This document shows, piece by piece, positions 30,798 to 39,999 of a stretch of 64,000 nt of DNA. Position 1 is the stretch's first letter. Every line of letters begins with the position of its first letter. The position numbers and the translations under genes are program-made. Source of the stretch: Candidatus Bathyarchaeota archaeon (lineage in GTDB: Archaea; Thermoproteota; Bathyarchaeia; Bathyarchaeales; Bathycorpusculaceae); contig OY969706.1 in the NCBI GenBank assembly GCA_963702095.1, positions 1,344,001 to 1,408,000 on the forward strand, read 5' to 3'. The notes below the pieces were generated by a model. It saw only the letters and a list, made by a program, of their open reading frames with translations. It was not told the DNA's origin and made no database searches.

Positions 30798-31147
30798 TCA
30801 TGCAGTCGCCTTTGCCACTGTTGGTGTCAAGGCAAGCTCAGAGGCGTTAGTCCCGCTGGTGAAATTCGTCTCGCCGAGAATTGGCAGTGTTAAAAGGTTT
30901 CATACCATGTGTCATACCGCTGCTTTTCTCTTAAAAGCCCTTGACAACAGCCCGTCTTTCACCGTTAAGTCTACGCTGCCCCTTTCCCCAGAGAAAAAGC
31001 AGCCTTTAGGCTCAGTTTGGAGGGTTGATTCCAACTATGGTCTCTGAAAATCGCTTCTGAGGTTCGTCCCGCAAGCGTTTTTGCCGCTATGTCTGCCCAA
31101 ACATATCGCGTTTTTGGCAAAGTTTCACTTTTAACCTAAGGCAAGAC

Positions 31148-31205
31148 TCCGAAAAAATGTCGAACGTTCCATTTTTACATTAAACAGTTAAAAAAAACAA
31201 AGTTG
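31148..31205 (+). repeat. AT-rich conserved motif, copy 1
   Basis: TCCGAAAAAATGTCGAACGTTCCATTTTTACATTAAACAGTTAAAAAAA; similar to reverse complements of 37884-37939 and 39045-39091. Confidence 0.8.
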
Positions 31206-31416
31206 TTCTGCAAGAAAATCATGTATTGGAGCAATTTATCCATGGGGGGCGCTAATTTGAGGCTACGTTAAACGAAATACAGTGGCAGCAGTGGCAAGCA
31301 CGGGAATTCTGCTGTTTCTATGGAATGCGGGGGAAAGGTTATTTTTGCGTCTGCACGTAGAGTTGCCATGGGTGCGGGGGTGTTTGGCGTTAACGCTTGT
31401 GCAGGCGATTTGCAGG

Positions 31417-31452
31417 AAAAACTGTGTTTTGGTGATGCTTTTGTATACGGCT
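31417..31452 (-). repeat. GTATAC box, copy b
   Basis: Reverse complement AGCCGTATACAAAAGCATCACCAAAACACAGTTTTT; 28/28 identical to 37294-37321. Confidence 0.9.
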
Positions 31453-31528
31453 GTGGTATGCGGCAGGACAGTTGAGGGCAAAAAGCCGTTTCTTGCCGTG
31501 ACAATGCCAAATTCGTGGAGGCAAGAGT

Positions 31529-32224
31529 TTGAGTTTTGAGCGTAACCTGTTAATTTCAGTGCTAAAAAAAACCAAAGAAGGCAGCGGTTTAATTAAAGAT
31601 GTCAATACAGGCGCCAAGCTCCCCCAAGAGGTTTGTATGCGTTTGCTGCAAAAAATGCAAAACGAAAACCTCCTATTTCTCAGAGGTGACGCAATCGAAG
31701 CTGACACCGAAAGCCGCCTCAAAATCGCAGTAAAAGCAGCGTCTTTGGGCGGGGACATCCAAGAAATCAGCAACCACCTCTGCTGGCAAGAATTCGAAGA
31801 AATCGCCGCCGTCGCCCTAAAAACCAACGGCTACACCGTAACAAACAACGTACGTTTCAAGCAGGGCGATCGGCGATGGGAAATTGATGTTGTCGGATGC
31901 AGAAAACCGCTTGTAGTGTGCATTGATTGCAAGCATTGGCAGCACTCAATCGCGCAGTCCGCACTTAGAAAAATTGTTGAGGCACAGGTTGAGCGTACCG
32001 AGGCGTTGGCTGAGGCGCTGCCGAATCCCAAACTCAAGCTGGAGTGTGCGCAGTGGGCGAAAGCAAAGTTCATTCCCGCCATACTTGCCCTGTTTCCCAG
32101 TGCCTTCAAATTCTACTATGAGGTGCCAGTAGTGCCTGTTTTGTCTTTGCAGGACTTCATCTGCCAACTGCCTATTCATCTGGAACATGTGAAGGTCCTC
32201 AGTCATGCCTATGCGAAGTTATGA
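31529..32224 (+). CDS. wHTH + PD-(D/E)XK restriction-endonuclease-like protein (Mrr/NERD-like)
   Basis: WQEFEE, GY, WEIDVVG...CIDCKHW. Confidence 0.8.
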   Translation: MSFERNLLISVLKKTKEGSGLIKDVNTGAKLPQEVCMRLLQKMQNENLLFLRGDAIEADTESRLKIAVKAASLGGDIQEISNHLCWQEFEEIAAVALKTNGYTVTNNVRFKQGDRRWEIDVVGCRKPLVVCIDCKHWQHSIAQSALRKIVEAQVERTEALAEALPNPKLKLECAQWAKAKFIPAILALFPSAFKFYYEVPVVPVLSLQDFICQLPIHLEHVKVLSHAYAKL

Positions 32225-34090
32225 TGTGATTTTTAGGATGGGTGTTTTGGAGAGTTTTACGGCTGGGTAGAGGCTTAAAAGAAACATCGCCGCTAAAGCG
32301 GAAGCTAACCAAAGCCCAATCGTCAACATAGTCGTCGATGTAATCAAGGGATTTGCCATTAAAATCAGCAGGGTTATGATGACGCCGAAGGTAAGTCCGA
32401 TAGATAGGCTTGAGAGGAGCACAATTAAGCTCTCAATTGCCGAAACGCGGACTATAACGTTTGGTTTAGCACCAACTGCACGGAGCATACCGAATTCTTG
32501 GCGTTGCTCATCAAGCGTAAGCATCATGTAACTGACGAGGCAAAGTGCAGCCGACGCCAAGGTAACCAGGGGAATAAACATGATTGTTTGCCAAGTAGAA
32601 CCCAAAAACGCCCTGTTTGCGTTGATAGTTGGGGATAGATCGAAAACTCGGAGAGCTGGATCAACTGATTCAACCACTTTTTCGATCTGTGCAAGAGAGG
32701 CGCTGCGGTCCACTGAATCATTAAGAGTCACCAGAATCAGGTTTGGGCTGCCCACCCCCGTTGAGTTCATTAGTCTATCGAGTGGTACATAGGTGACATA
32801 ACCGTTGTTTAGGGCGTCAATGCAGACCCCGACTATGCGGAAAAGGGAGTTTCCAACTTGTATGCGCTCCATTAATGGGTCGGATATGCTGATTTTTAGG
32901 TTTTTGTCACGGTAATACATGGTTTGAGCAATAGAATCACCGACAACAGCTTCTAAAGTGTCGTTTCCGCTTAGGCTTCTGCCCTTACTTGAAAAATCCA
33001 CAGCCATTTCCTGGGGGTCTAGCCCAATTACCAGTGAGGTTCCTTCTCTTTCGCCGCCAATGGTGATGTTGGCTCCATCCATCAGTGTCCAGTTACTGAC
33101 CTCTTGGACCTTCTCATACAGAATCAACCGTGAATCAACAGAATCCACAAATCCAAGACCCTCAAGCCGCTCGGTAACTGCCCTTGGGATGGCAAGTTTG
33201 GGGTCTGAATAGTTAAAATCACCCGTTTGCTGTGCTCCTGTAAACTTGGACAACATCTGCTCATACTGCTCACCCATACTGCTGTAAGCAATGGCAATAG
33301 TGCCGGAGCTTGTCGTGTTTTCTATCCAGTTGGTTGTGGTGTCTTTGGCGATTATGCCTCCCGCAACCGAAACAGTAAGCAAAACAAACACTATCGATAA
33401 CAAAAACACAATCCGAAACGTCGGCGAGAGGCGTCGCCATAGGCTTCGGGTAGCAAGCCGCCAACTCAACGCCGTGTGCGAAAGAGCTTTTTGTTTGCCC
33501 TCCAATGCTGTGCCGAAGTAGTTTATGGGTGAAAGAGCCTCGACCGCTGACATTTTAGCTGCTTTTAGAAGTGGTTGCAACCCGAAAACCACTGATAAAA
33601 CGAAAAATACTCCAAAGACTATGGGACCAAACCACCAATTTGGCAAGGAATACCCCGAAAATACAATGTTTGCTGCCGCGAAATCCGCTAGAAAACCGAT
33701 AACAACGCCTAAAACGCAGCCAATTGCGGTGATTGTGAAGAGTTCTGCTAGGAAGTATCCTGCGCCGAGGCTGTTTGGGCATCCTGCAGCCTTGATTAAG
33801 CCGAAGTCGCGTGTCCGCTGTGCCATCATCAAAAACACGATAAAAGAGACGAGCACGGCGCCGACAACAAAAACCAACACGCCGATGAAGAGTATGAACT
33901 GGCTAAAGATGTTGCTTAACCCCAATGTCAACGTGTTTGTGGCTGATGCTATGCCCACACCTAATCGGCCGCTAAACAGTAGCAAAAACAACGTAGACGC
34001 AACGCATAACGTCAGTGTTGTGAGGGTTAAGCCTGTCTGAAGCTTTCTACGCATTAAATCGTTGATGGGGAAACCTGCGCCGCTACTCAT
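32219..34090 (-). CDS. FtsX-like ABC permease with duplicated permease domain
   Basis: QRTRDFGLIKAAG and EQRQEFGMLRAVGA, SLYPA. Confidence 0.9.
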   Translation of the reverse strand: MSSGAGFPINDLMRRKLQTGLTLTTLTLCVASTLFLLLFSGRLGVGIASATNTLTLGLSNIFSQFILFIGVLVFVVGAVLVSFIVFLMMAQRTRDFGLIKAAGCPNSLGAGYFLAELFTITAIGCVLGVVIGFLADFAAANIVFSGYSLPNWWFGPIVFGVFFVLSVVFGLQPLLKAAKMSAVEALSPINYFGTALEGKQKALSHTALSWRLATRSLWRRLSPTFRIVFLLSIVFVLLTVSVAGGIIAKDTTTNWIENTTSSGTIAIAYSSMGEQYEQMLSKFTGAQQTGDFNYSDPKLAIPRAVTERLEGLGFVDSVDSRLILYEKVQEVSNWTLMDGANITIGGEREGTSLVIGLDPQEMAVDFSSKGRSLSGNDTLEAVVGDSIAQTMYYRDKNLKISISDPLMERIQVGNSLFRIVGVCIDALNNGYVTYVPLDRLMNSTGVGSPNLILVTLNDSVDRSASLAQIEKVVESVDPALRVFDLSPTINANRAFLGSTWQTIMFIPLVTLASAALCLVSYMMLTLDEQRQEFGMLRAVGAKPNVIVRVSAIESLIVLLSSLSIGLTFGVIITLLILMANPLITSTTMLTIGLWLASALAAMFLLSLYPAVKLSKTPILKITS

Positions 34091-34781
34091 AATCCGTCGC
34101 CAATCTACCATCTTTTAAGCAGAAAACGTGGTCTGCAAGCTCTCGAATTTGGAGGTCATGGGTGGAGACAACGACGGTTTTGCCTTTTTCTTTGAGAAGT
34201 TGGAGGACTTGGAGAATCTTTTCAGCGTTTCTTGTATCCAAGTTGCCGGTGGGTTCATCAGCCAAAATCAACTCCGGATCATTCGCTAACGCCCTGGCAA
34301 AGGCAACCCGCTGCTGCTCGCCGCCGCTTAGTTGAGAGGGAAAATGGGTTTCCCGATGTTCTAGACCTACGGTTTTTATGAGTTCAGCGACCCTGATTTC
34401 GATTTCTTCGGCTGGTTTTCTCTGCCACTCCATGGGAAACGCAACGTTCTCAGCTACTGTTAAGGTTGAGACGAGGTTGTAGGCTTGGAAGACAAAGCCC
34501 ACGTGGTTGCAGCGGAAGTCAGAGAGGAAGTCTTCGCCTTGGCCTGTTAAGTCTTGGTTGGCGACTACGATTTTTCCTTTGGTAGGGCGGTCGATGCCGC
34601 TGATTAGGTTTAGCAGGGTGGTTTTTCCGCTGCCTGATTCGCCGCATACTACGGCAAATTGGGCTTTGGGGATCTTGATGTTGATATTTTTGAGAACCGC
34701 CACTTTACCTTGGGCGACCACATAAGTTTTGTCTAGGTCTTCTGTGTAAACCATAAGGTCCCCTTTTTCATTTGTAGCCAC
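34083..34781 (-). CDS. LolD-type ABC ATPase
   Basis: GESGSGKT, LSGGEQQRV, ADEPTGNLD, STHD. Confidence 0.95.
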   Translation of the reverse strand: MATNEKGDLMVYTEDLDKTYVVAQGKVAVLKNINIKIPKAQFAVVCGESGSGKTTLLNLISGIDRPTKGKIVVANQDLTGQGEDFLSDFRCNHVGFVFQAYNLVSTLTVAENVAFPMEWQRKPAEEIEIRVAELIKTVGLEHRETHFPSQLSGGEQQRVAFARALANDPELILADEPTGNLDTRNAEKILQVLQLLKEKGKTVVVSTHDLQIRELADHVFCLKDGRLATDYE

Positions 34782-34858
34782 CGTTTCACCTGCAGGATAG
34801 TTTAGTTTACGGTGCCTTATAGGTAATAATAAGTTTGAGGTACACTCGTTTACTACGG

Positions 34859-35296
34859 CTACTCAATGTAGCAGGTGTCGATGTTTAGGTTGCCGCGGTC
34901 CCGCTTGAGGATGCGCACTTTCTCAGGCAGTTTACCTTTTTGCCAATCAGTCCAGCTGATTTCCTTAAACAGCCACCGCTTGCCCAAGTGTGCGGCTACG
35001 ACCGCGTGTTTTTTTTCGTTGCCTGAGGGGATGAATTGGTCGAGGAACTGAAAGAGTTTGTCGATTTGCGGTTTTGGGTAGTAGGCATAATACGTGGCGT
35101 TTTTGACTTCGAAAGCGTAGAGGTGTTGGCCTCTGCGTGCCATGATGTCGGGGAGTGGGTTGAGGCTGGGGTTGCTCACAGGGACGCGGACGGCGTTGTA
35201 CCCTTTTTTCTTGAGCAACTTGACGAGTACGGTTTCGCTGTAGAATCCTCTTTTGCGCCAACGCCTAAGTTTTATGCGGTCCTTTTCTGTGCTCAC
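34859..35296 (-). CDS. hjc: Archaeal Holliday junction resolvase family nuclease
   Basis: KRGFYSETVLVKLLKKKGYNAVRVPVS...LPDIMA...AFEVK. Confidence 0.82.
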   Translation of the reverse strand: MSTEKDRIKLRRWRKRGFYSETVLVKLLKKKGYNAVRVPVSNPSLNPLPDIMARRGQHLYAFEVKNATYYAYYPKPQIDKLFQFLDQFIPSGNEKKHAVVAAHLGKRWLFKEISWTDWQKGKLPEKVRILKRDRGNLNIDTCYIE

Positions 35297-35368
35297 TCTG
35301 TTGCCCTCGCGTGTTTGCTGTTATTTAAAGGATGGTTTGATTAAAAAATTGTTGCCTAAGGGGCGCGG

Positions 35369-35402
35369 AAAAGTTGGTTTGGGGGATGCTTCTGTATACA
35401 GC
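35369..35402 (-). repeat. GTATAC box, copy c
   Basis: Reverse complement GCTGTATACAGAAGCATCCCCCAAACCAACTTTT. Confidence 0.8.
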
Positions 35403-36974
35403 AACTTTTTTGCTGGTGGCATTAGAATGCGCTGGTGCACATAAACCGCCAAGTAAATACCAATACCACCAACACAACTGAGTATGGATTTGTCAACATT
35501 CAACATTTCAAAATATAGCTGCTATAGCCACGTCTAACAGCAACAAAAACCGCTCCAATCCAATGAACAAAAAACGACCTGCCCCATGCAAACAAAAAAC
35601 GATAACCTACAAAAACAAGCAAACTTTAGATACGCTACCGGAGCTCAACTCAAACACTACTTCAAGGCAAAACTAAACCAAACCCAACAAAGAAAACTAA
35701 AAATCACATACAGGCAAAACAACAACCACTCATTTTCAAAAAAACACCGCCCGTGAAAACTTCATAATTCGCCAAAGTTTTTCACTCCCCCGAAACTTGC
35801 CAAAAAATGGTCGAAAACCTCGAAGGGTAGACGAAAAAATCAGGGTTTTGCTTCGAATGGAGATTTTCAACAGTACTTATATGAGGCCCCGATATTCCCC
35901 ATGCCAAGCCCTCTAAGGTAGAGCAAATACCCCTTAACTGAAGCGATTTTGGGATAACGAGCCCTTTTTAAGGCACATAATTTTGATTTCCATGCAAATA
36001 TTTTGGCAGATTTTGGTTTGGTCGGGTTTCGGGGATAAACAACGGCATTTCGCACTCTTAACCTACAAAAGACCTCAATTCTTAGCTATTTTGGGCTAAA
36101 CTGCCTAACGATTAACCGTTGCTCCACCATTGCTTTGGCAGCAAGATACTTCCGCAAATCTCGACCGCCCCGACCCCGTTAACGCAGTTTCGCCAATGCC
36201 GAAATAACTTTGTCAATTTTGAACCTCCCTTGCGACACCACCCGGCTTTTATGCAAGGGCCCGTCATGAGGTACCGCCACCCCCCTCTTTTTAATCAAAA
36301 AACTGGGCTAATCGAATAAGCAAGCCTTTGACGCAACATGGGCGGTGTCTGGGCGGCAGAATTAACAGTTTAGGCTGGTGATGCCTAATCGCCTTACGCA
36401 AGTGTACCGTGAGCCTCCAAAGTAACCGTGTTAACAAGTGTGCTTTTGACTGTCGTCTACTGAATTGTTGTGTGCTTCACTGGCAGCAGGCGGATCAGTA
36501 ACCGAAAAGTAAGGCCGTATTAGCAGATCAAAATTTGGCTTTTTATTTTTCTAGTTTTAGATGAAGGCAGAGCGCCCCTTACTTTTCTTCTTCCAGTGGG
36601 CTTGGTAGGCGACTGTGTTTTGTTTTCTGTAACGGACTTGTTGCATGCTGGTTGTGGAACAAAACACAAGCAGAACCAAGAACCTAGTCTCAATAGTAAA
36701 AACACTAAAACTTTTTTGATCAACCGACCTATAGCAGGAGACTGGTTTACAAAATTTTTTCGCTCTCTTGGACTCTTGTTCTCACCCTAATTCAAATTGC
36801 ATGGTATCGCTAGCTTTGAATGGGCGTTTCTGATAGCGCTTGACGTCCCCCAACTGCCTCTTATGCCCAGCCCTGTATGACCAAAAAACACTCGTGTGTG
36901 ATTCTTGTGGTTTGGGTATTATCAAAAAATCGTTCGTCACCAGAAGCAACCAGCAGTTTAAAAATAAACTCAGC

Positions 36975-37133
36975 CTATGTTGGCATGCTCGACAGCGGAG
37001 AGATAACTTCGCGCCGATGCACTTGGCGAAGGTGCCGATCATGTTCCTCTAAGGTGTCAAAGAGTAAACCGCAGTCTCGGCACCGATATTTCCCCTCAGA
37101 AGTCACCTCAGCCGCATCTTCATAGTCAGACAA
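36975..37133 (-). CDS. Small C2H2 zinc-finger protein
   Basis: YRCRDCGLLFDTLEEHDRHLRQVH; probable TTG start at 37133. Confidence 0.8.
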   Translation of the reverse strand: MSDYEDAAEVTSEGKYRCRDCGLLFDTLEEHDRHLRQVHRREVISPLSSMPT

Positions 37134-37293
37134 CGCATTCTCTAATGATTCGTTTAGAACCTCTTGGCAACCACCGCCGGATTGTTTTTTTGAATGCACC
37201 CTAAAAGTCACCTCTAAAAAACACGCGCACCTATTGAGTAGGGAAAACATGTGCTTTAAAGGGTGTGTGAGTGGCATAGCACAGCAACAATTG

Positions 37294-37321
37294 GTATACA
37301 AAAGCATCACCAAAACACAGT
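37294..37321 (+). repeat. GTATAC box, copy d
   Basis: GTATACAAAAGCATCACCAAAACACAGT, exact match to reverse complement of 31421-31448. Confidence 0.9.
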
Positions 37322-37372
37322 CCTCGAAAGCTTTTTCTGCAAACCCCACCTTTAAACAGAAGAGGGACAAAT

Positions 37373-37787
37373 ATGGCAGGCTTTAAAGTTGTAAACAAAA
37401 CCATAACCATCCATAGCAGAAGGCCCGATTGATTTTATTGATCTCTCAGACAAAACCCAAGAAGCAGTCACTGCCTCAGGAATAAAAAACGGCGTCGTCC
37501 ACGTGTTTGCTCCTCACGCAACAGGCGTTTTGATTCTAACAGAAAATGACCCTGCCCTCCTTGAGGACATCAAGGTTTTCCTCGAAAAAGTGGTGCCTAA
37601 GCAGGGTGATTACCAGCATCCGTCAAACGCACATGCCCATTTACGTTCGATGCTTCTGCCGCCGGATAGGTCCCTGCCTGTGGTCGATGGACAGGTGGCG
37701 TTTGGAACCTGGCAGTCACTGCTCTTTGTCGAAACCGACGTTTACCCGCGGGAGCGGACAGTGATCATTCAGGTCATGGGTGAATAG
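37373..37787 (+). CDS. yjbQ: YjbQ/UPF0047 family protein (frameshift at ~37420)
   Basis: PHATG..ENDP, NAHAHLRS, GTWQSLLFVETD; N-terminus MAGFKVVNKTITI joins IDFIDLSDK after removing one base. Confidence 0.88.
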
Positions 37788-37883
37788 GTGCACTGCCGTT
37801 TATGGCTGTTTTTCGTTTTTCGATAGGCTAAAAACCTTGTTCTTCATAGAAATTTAGCATTTAAGCGCCAATAAGCCGAGGCG

Positions 37884-37939
37884 CAACTGATTTTTTTAAC
37901 TGTTTATTGTAAAAAATAACCATTCGCTACTCTTTCGGA
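37884..37939 (-). repeat. AT-rich conserved motif, copy 2
   Basis: Reverse complement TCCGAAAGAGTAGCGAATGGTTATTTTTTACAATAAACAGTTAAAAAAATCAGTTG. Confidence 0.78.
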
Positions 37940-38137
37940 CAAGCACTACTTACTTCAAACGAGCGAACAACATAAAAAATGCTCTGAAAAGAAAAATAGG
38001 ACCCCAAAAAACCGAAATCCGCACATTTCAGGGAAAAAAACGGTTCCCGCACTCATGTAGATAGCCTATAGAGGGAAAAAAACGGTTTTTAGCCAGCAGA
38101 CACCAAGGGTATTTAAGCTTCGCCTGCTTTCGAGCGC

Positions 38138-38875
38138 TCAGCGTCGGTTCTCTGTCTTGATTCTCTTGCTGGCGCTTTTTGAACGCATCCGAGCCTTCTT
38201 CTTAGCGTCAGTTAGCATCGATGGCTTCTCAGCCAACGCATCAGGGTCAGCTTCTCCTGTGGGCAATTCATCCTCCAACTCTGGGAAATCCGCTTCAGTA
38301 GCTTGCACAGCGCCGCTCTTGGCCATTGCAGCAAAGGCGCGGTCTACATCTCCAGGGTTAACGTTGATGCCCATTGTTGCGTCAGTCAAGACTACTGTTT
38401 CAAAACCCAGTTTGCAGGCATCCAAAACAGTGTTAACTACGCAGTAGTCCGTGGCTAATCCCCCAACAAAGAGCCGTTTGACTCCGAGTTGCCGCAGTTC
38501 ACTGTCGAGGTTTGTGCTATCAAACGCCGAGTACGCTTCTTTTTTGGGGTCCGTTGCTTTGGAGATGACAACTGTGTGATCGGGAAGTTTGAGGTCGGGA
38601 CTGAATTTTGCGCCCTCTGTCCCTTGTACGCAGTGGGCTGGCCAAGGTCCCCCTTGGGTTTTGAAGGACATGTGGTTGGCGGGGTGCCAGTCGCGTGAGG
38701 CGATGATATGGGCAGGGGCGTTTTCAAATCGTGTGATGTAGTTGTTTATGACGGGGATTATTTCGTCTCCGCCTTCAACGGGTAAGGCGCCTCCTGGTAA
38801 AAAGTCAATTTGGATGTCGGTTATTAGGAGGGCGTCTTGGTTTGTTAGGTTGTAGGTTTTGCTCAAACACGTCAC
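38138..38875 (-). CDS. pncA: Nicotinamidase/pyrazinamidase
   Basis: ALLITDIQIDFLPGGAL, SRDWHP, WPAHCVQGT, EAYSAF, GLATDYCV. Confidence 0.95.
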   Translation of the reverse strand: MTCLSKTYNLTNQDALLITDIQIDFLPGGALPVEGGDEIIPVINNYITRFENAPAHIIASRDWHPANHMSFKTQGGPWPAHCVQGTEGAKFSPDLKLPDHTVVISKATDPKKEAYSAFDSTNLDSELRQLGVKRLFVGGLATDYCVVNTVLDACKLGFETVVLTDATMGINVNPGDVDRAFAAMAKSGAVQATEADFPELEDELPTGEADPDALAEKPSMLTDAKKKARMRSKSASKRIKTENRR

Positions 38876-39044
38876 CTTATTGATTTATCTGGTTTGGCTT
38901 GAAAAACAATAGAATAGAGATGGGAGCTGTGGGATAAACTTTTGCACGCGGCATCCCCGGAAAAAGTTGTTGTTCGAGGGACAACCGAACCTATGCAGGG
39001 GGAATTGCCGCAAACCACCTAATCCCACCAGCCGCTAAGCAATG

Positions 39045-39091
39045 TTTTTAACTTTTTAGTGTAAAAAGTGGCCATTCGACGATTTTTCGGA
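39045..39091 (-). repeat. AT-rich conserved motif, copy 3
   Basis: Reverse complement TCCGAAAAATCGTCGAATGGCCACTTTTTACACTAAAAAGTTAAAAA. Confidence 0.8.
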
Positions 39092-39509
39092 CCCACAGCC
39101 ACACTTAGGCACTCAAAAGAGAAACCTTTGACGCCCAAACACGCTACCGCCAACCAGAACAGCAGACTTTTAGGGCGCCGAAGCCAAATGAAAAACATCG
39201 TCAACTGCATCACAACCCTTTGCATAGGCAACGAGTGTAAAAAAGAACATGTGGCAATCATAAAACCGTGTAACTGGCATTCATTATCGCCAAAAATCGC
39301 TCGCTGAATCCTGAAAAACGCATCTCGCCGCTTGTTTTTTTAGCTTCACAGTAGCAAGGACAGGCTTTTTGTGATACACTACGCTTGAAAGGCGGAGGGT
39401 TTTTCCACTGGACTGCTTTAGCGACTGAAAGCAGTGACGGTTGGCGGCATGTATATTTAACCTTCGGTGTACTTCGAATAACTTCGCCGTCGGCGGCTGT
39501 TTTAGGGGT

Positions 39510-39552
39510 TGGGGCTTAAAAAAGCGTGTTGGGCGATGCTTTGTATACGAGC
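39510..39552 (-). repeat. GTATAC box, copy e
   Basis: Reverse complement GCTCGTATACAAAGCATCGCCCAACACGCTTTTTTAAGCCCCA; shares the TTTTTT(A)AGCCCCAA extension with copy a. Confidence 0.85.
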
Positions 39553-39650
39553 GGAAAAAAGAAGGCTGAAATTGAAATAACCGCCAAAAAAGCGTTATTT
39601 ACTTGCCCTAATAAAACAGAATATTTGAAAGAAGTGAATTAGGAAGAAAT

Positions 39651-39854
39651 TTATTGTTTTTCTTCTTCTTTGATTGTGCATTGAAGCTTTTTTATGATTT
39701 CATCAGCTCTTAACGTCTCAATCTTGAGTGTATAGAGTTGGCCGGGAGCGCGAAGCTTTAGTTTCACGCCGTCTTTTAGCCTTTTAACTTGACATTCTTT
39801 GGCTTTAGCACTCATTGATACAAACTTTTCAACATCAGTAATTTCAGATGGCAT
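39651..39854 (-). CDS. rpl38e: 50S ribosomal protein L38e
   Basis: MPSEITDVEKF...VKLKLRAPGQLYTLKI pattern, 67 aa basic. Confidence 0.85.
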   Translation of the reverse strand: MPSEITDVEKFVSMSAKAKECQVKRLKDGVKLKLRAPGQLYTLKIETLRADEIIKKLQCTIKEEEKQ

Positions 39855-39999
39855 ATCCGTGTCCTCTGTTATGGTTCGCTGTGAAGATAACGCGCCAAGT
39901 TTTTATCTGTTTTGGTTCAACACACCTTATATCCAATCAAACCCTATAGTACCTATCACCGAGCCTCAAATGGTTGGACTGTGGAGAAAAAAACAGCCC

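Noticed and set aside
30751-31047. 98-aa ORF inside element A
   Set aside because: Starts upstream of the TATA box, has no motif and has no counterpart in homologous element D
37294-37321. 28-bp exact repeat as a Xer/dif site
   Set aside because: Length fits but it lacks the 11-6-11 inverted-arm symmetry
39400-39414. TCCAGTGGAAA (minus strand) as a canonical ORB
   Set aside because: Single match with no following G-string and no cdc6/orc1 gene in the window; not enough to call an origin
30686-39552. GTATAC boxes as a CRISPR array
   Set aside because: Copies are kilobases apart, in both orientations, with no regular spacers and no cas genes
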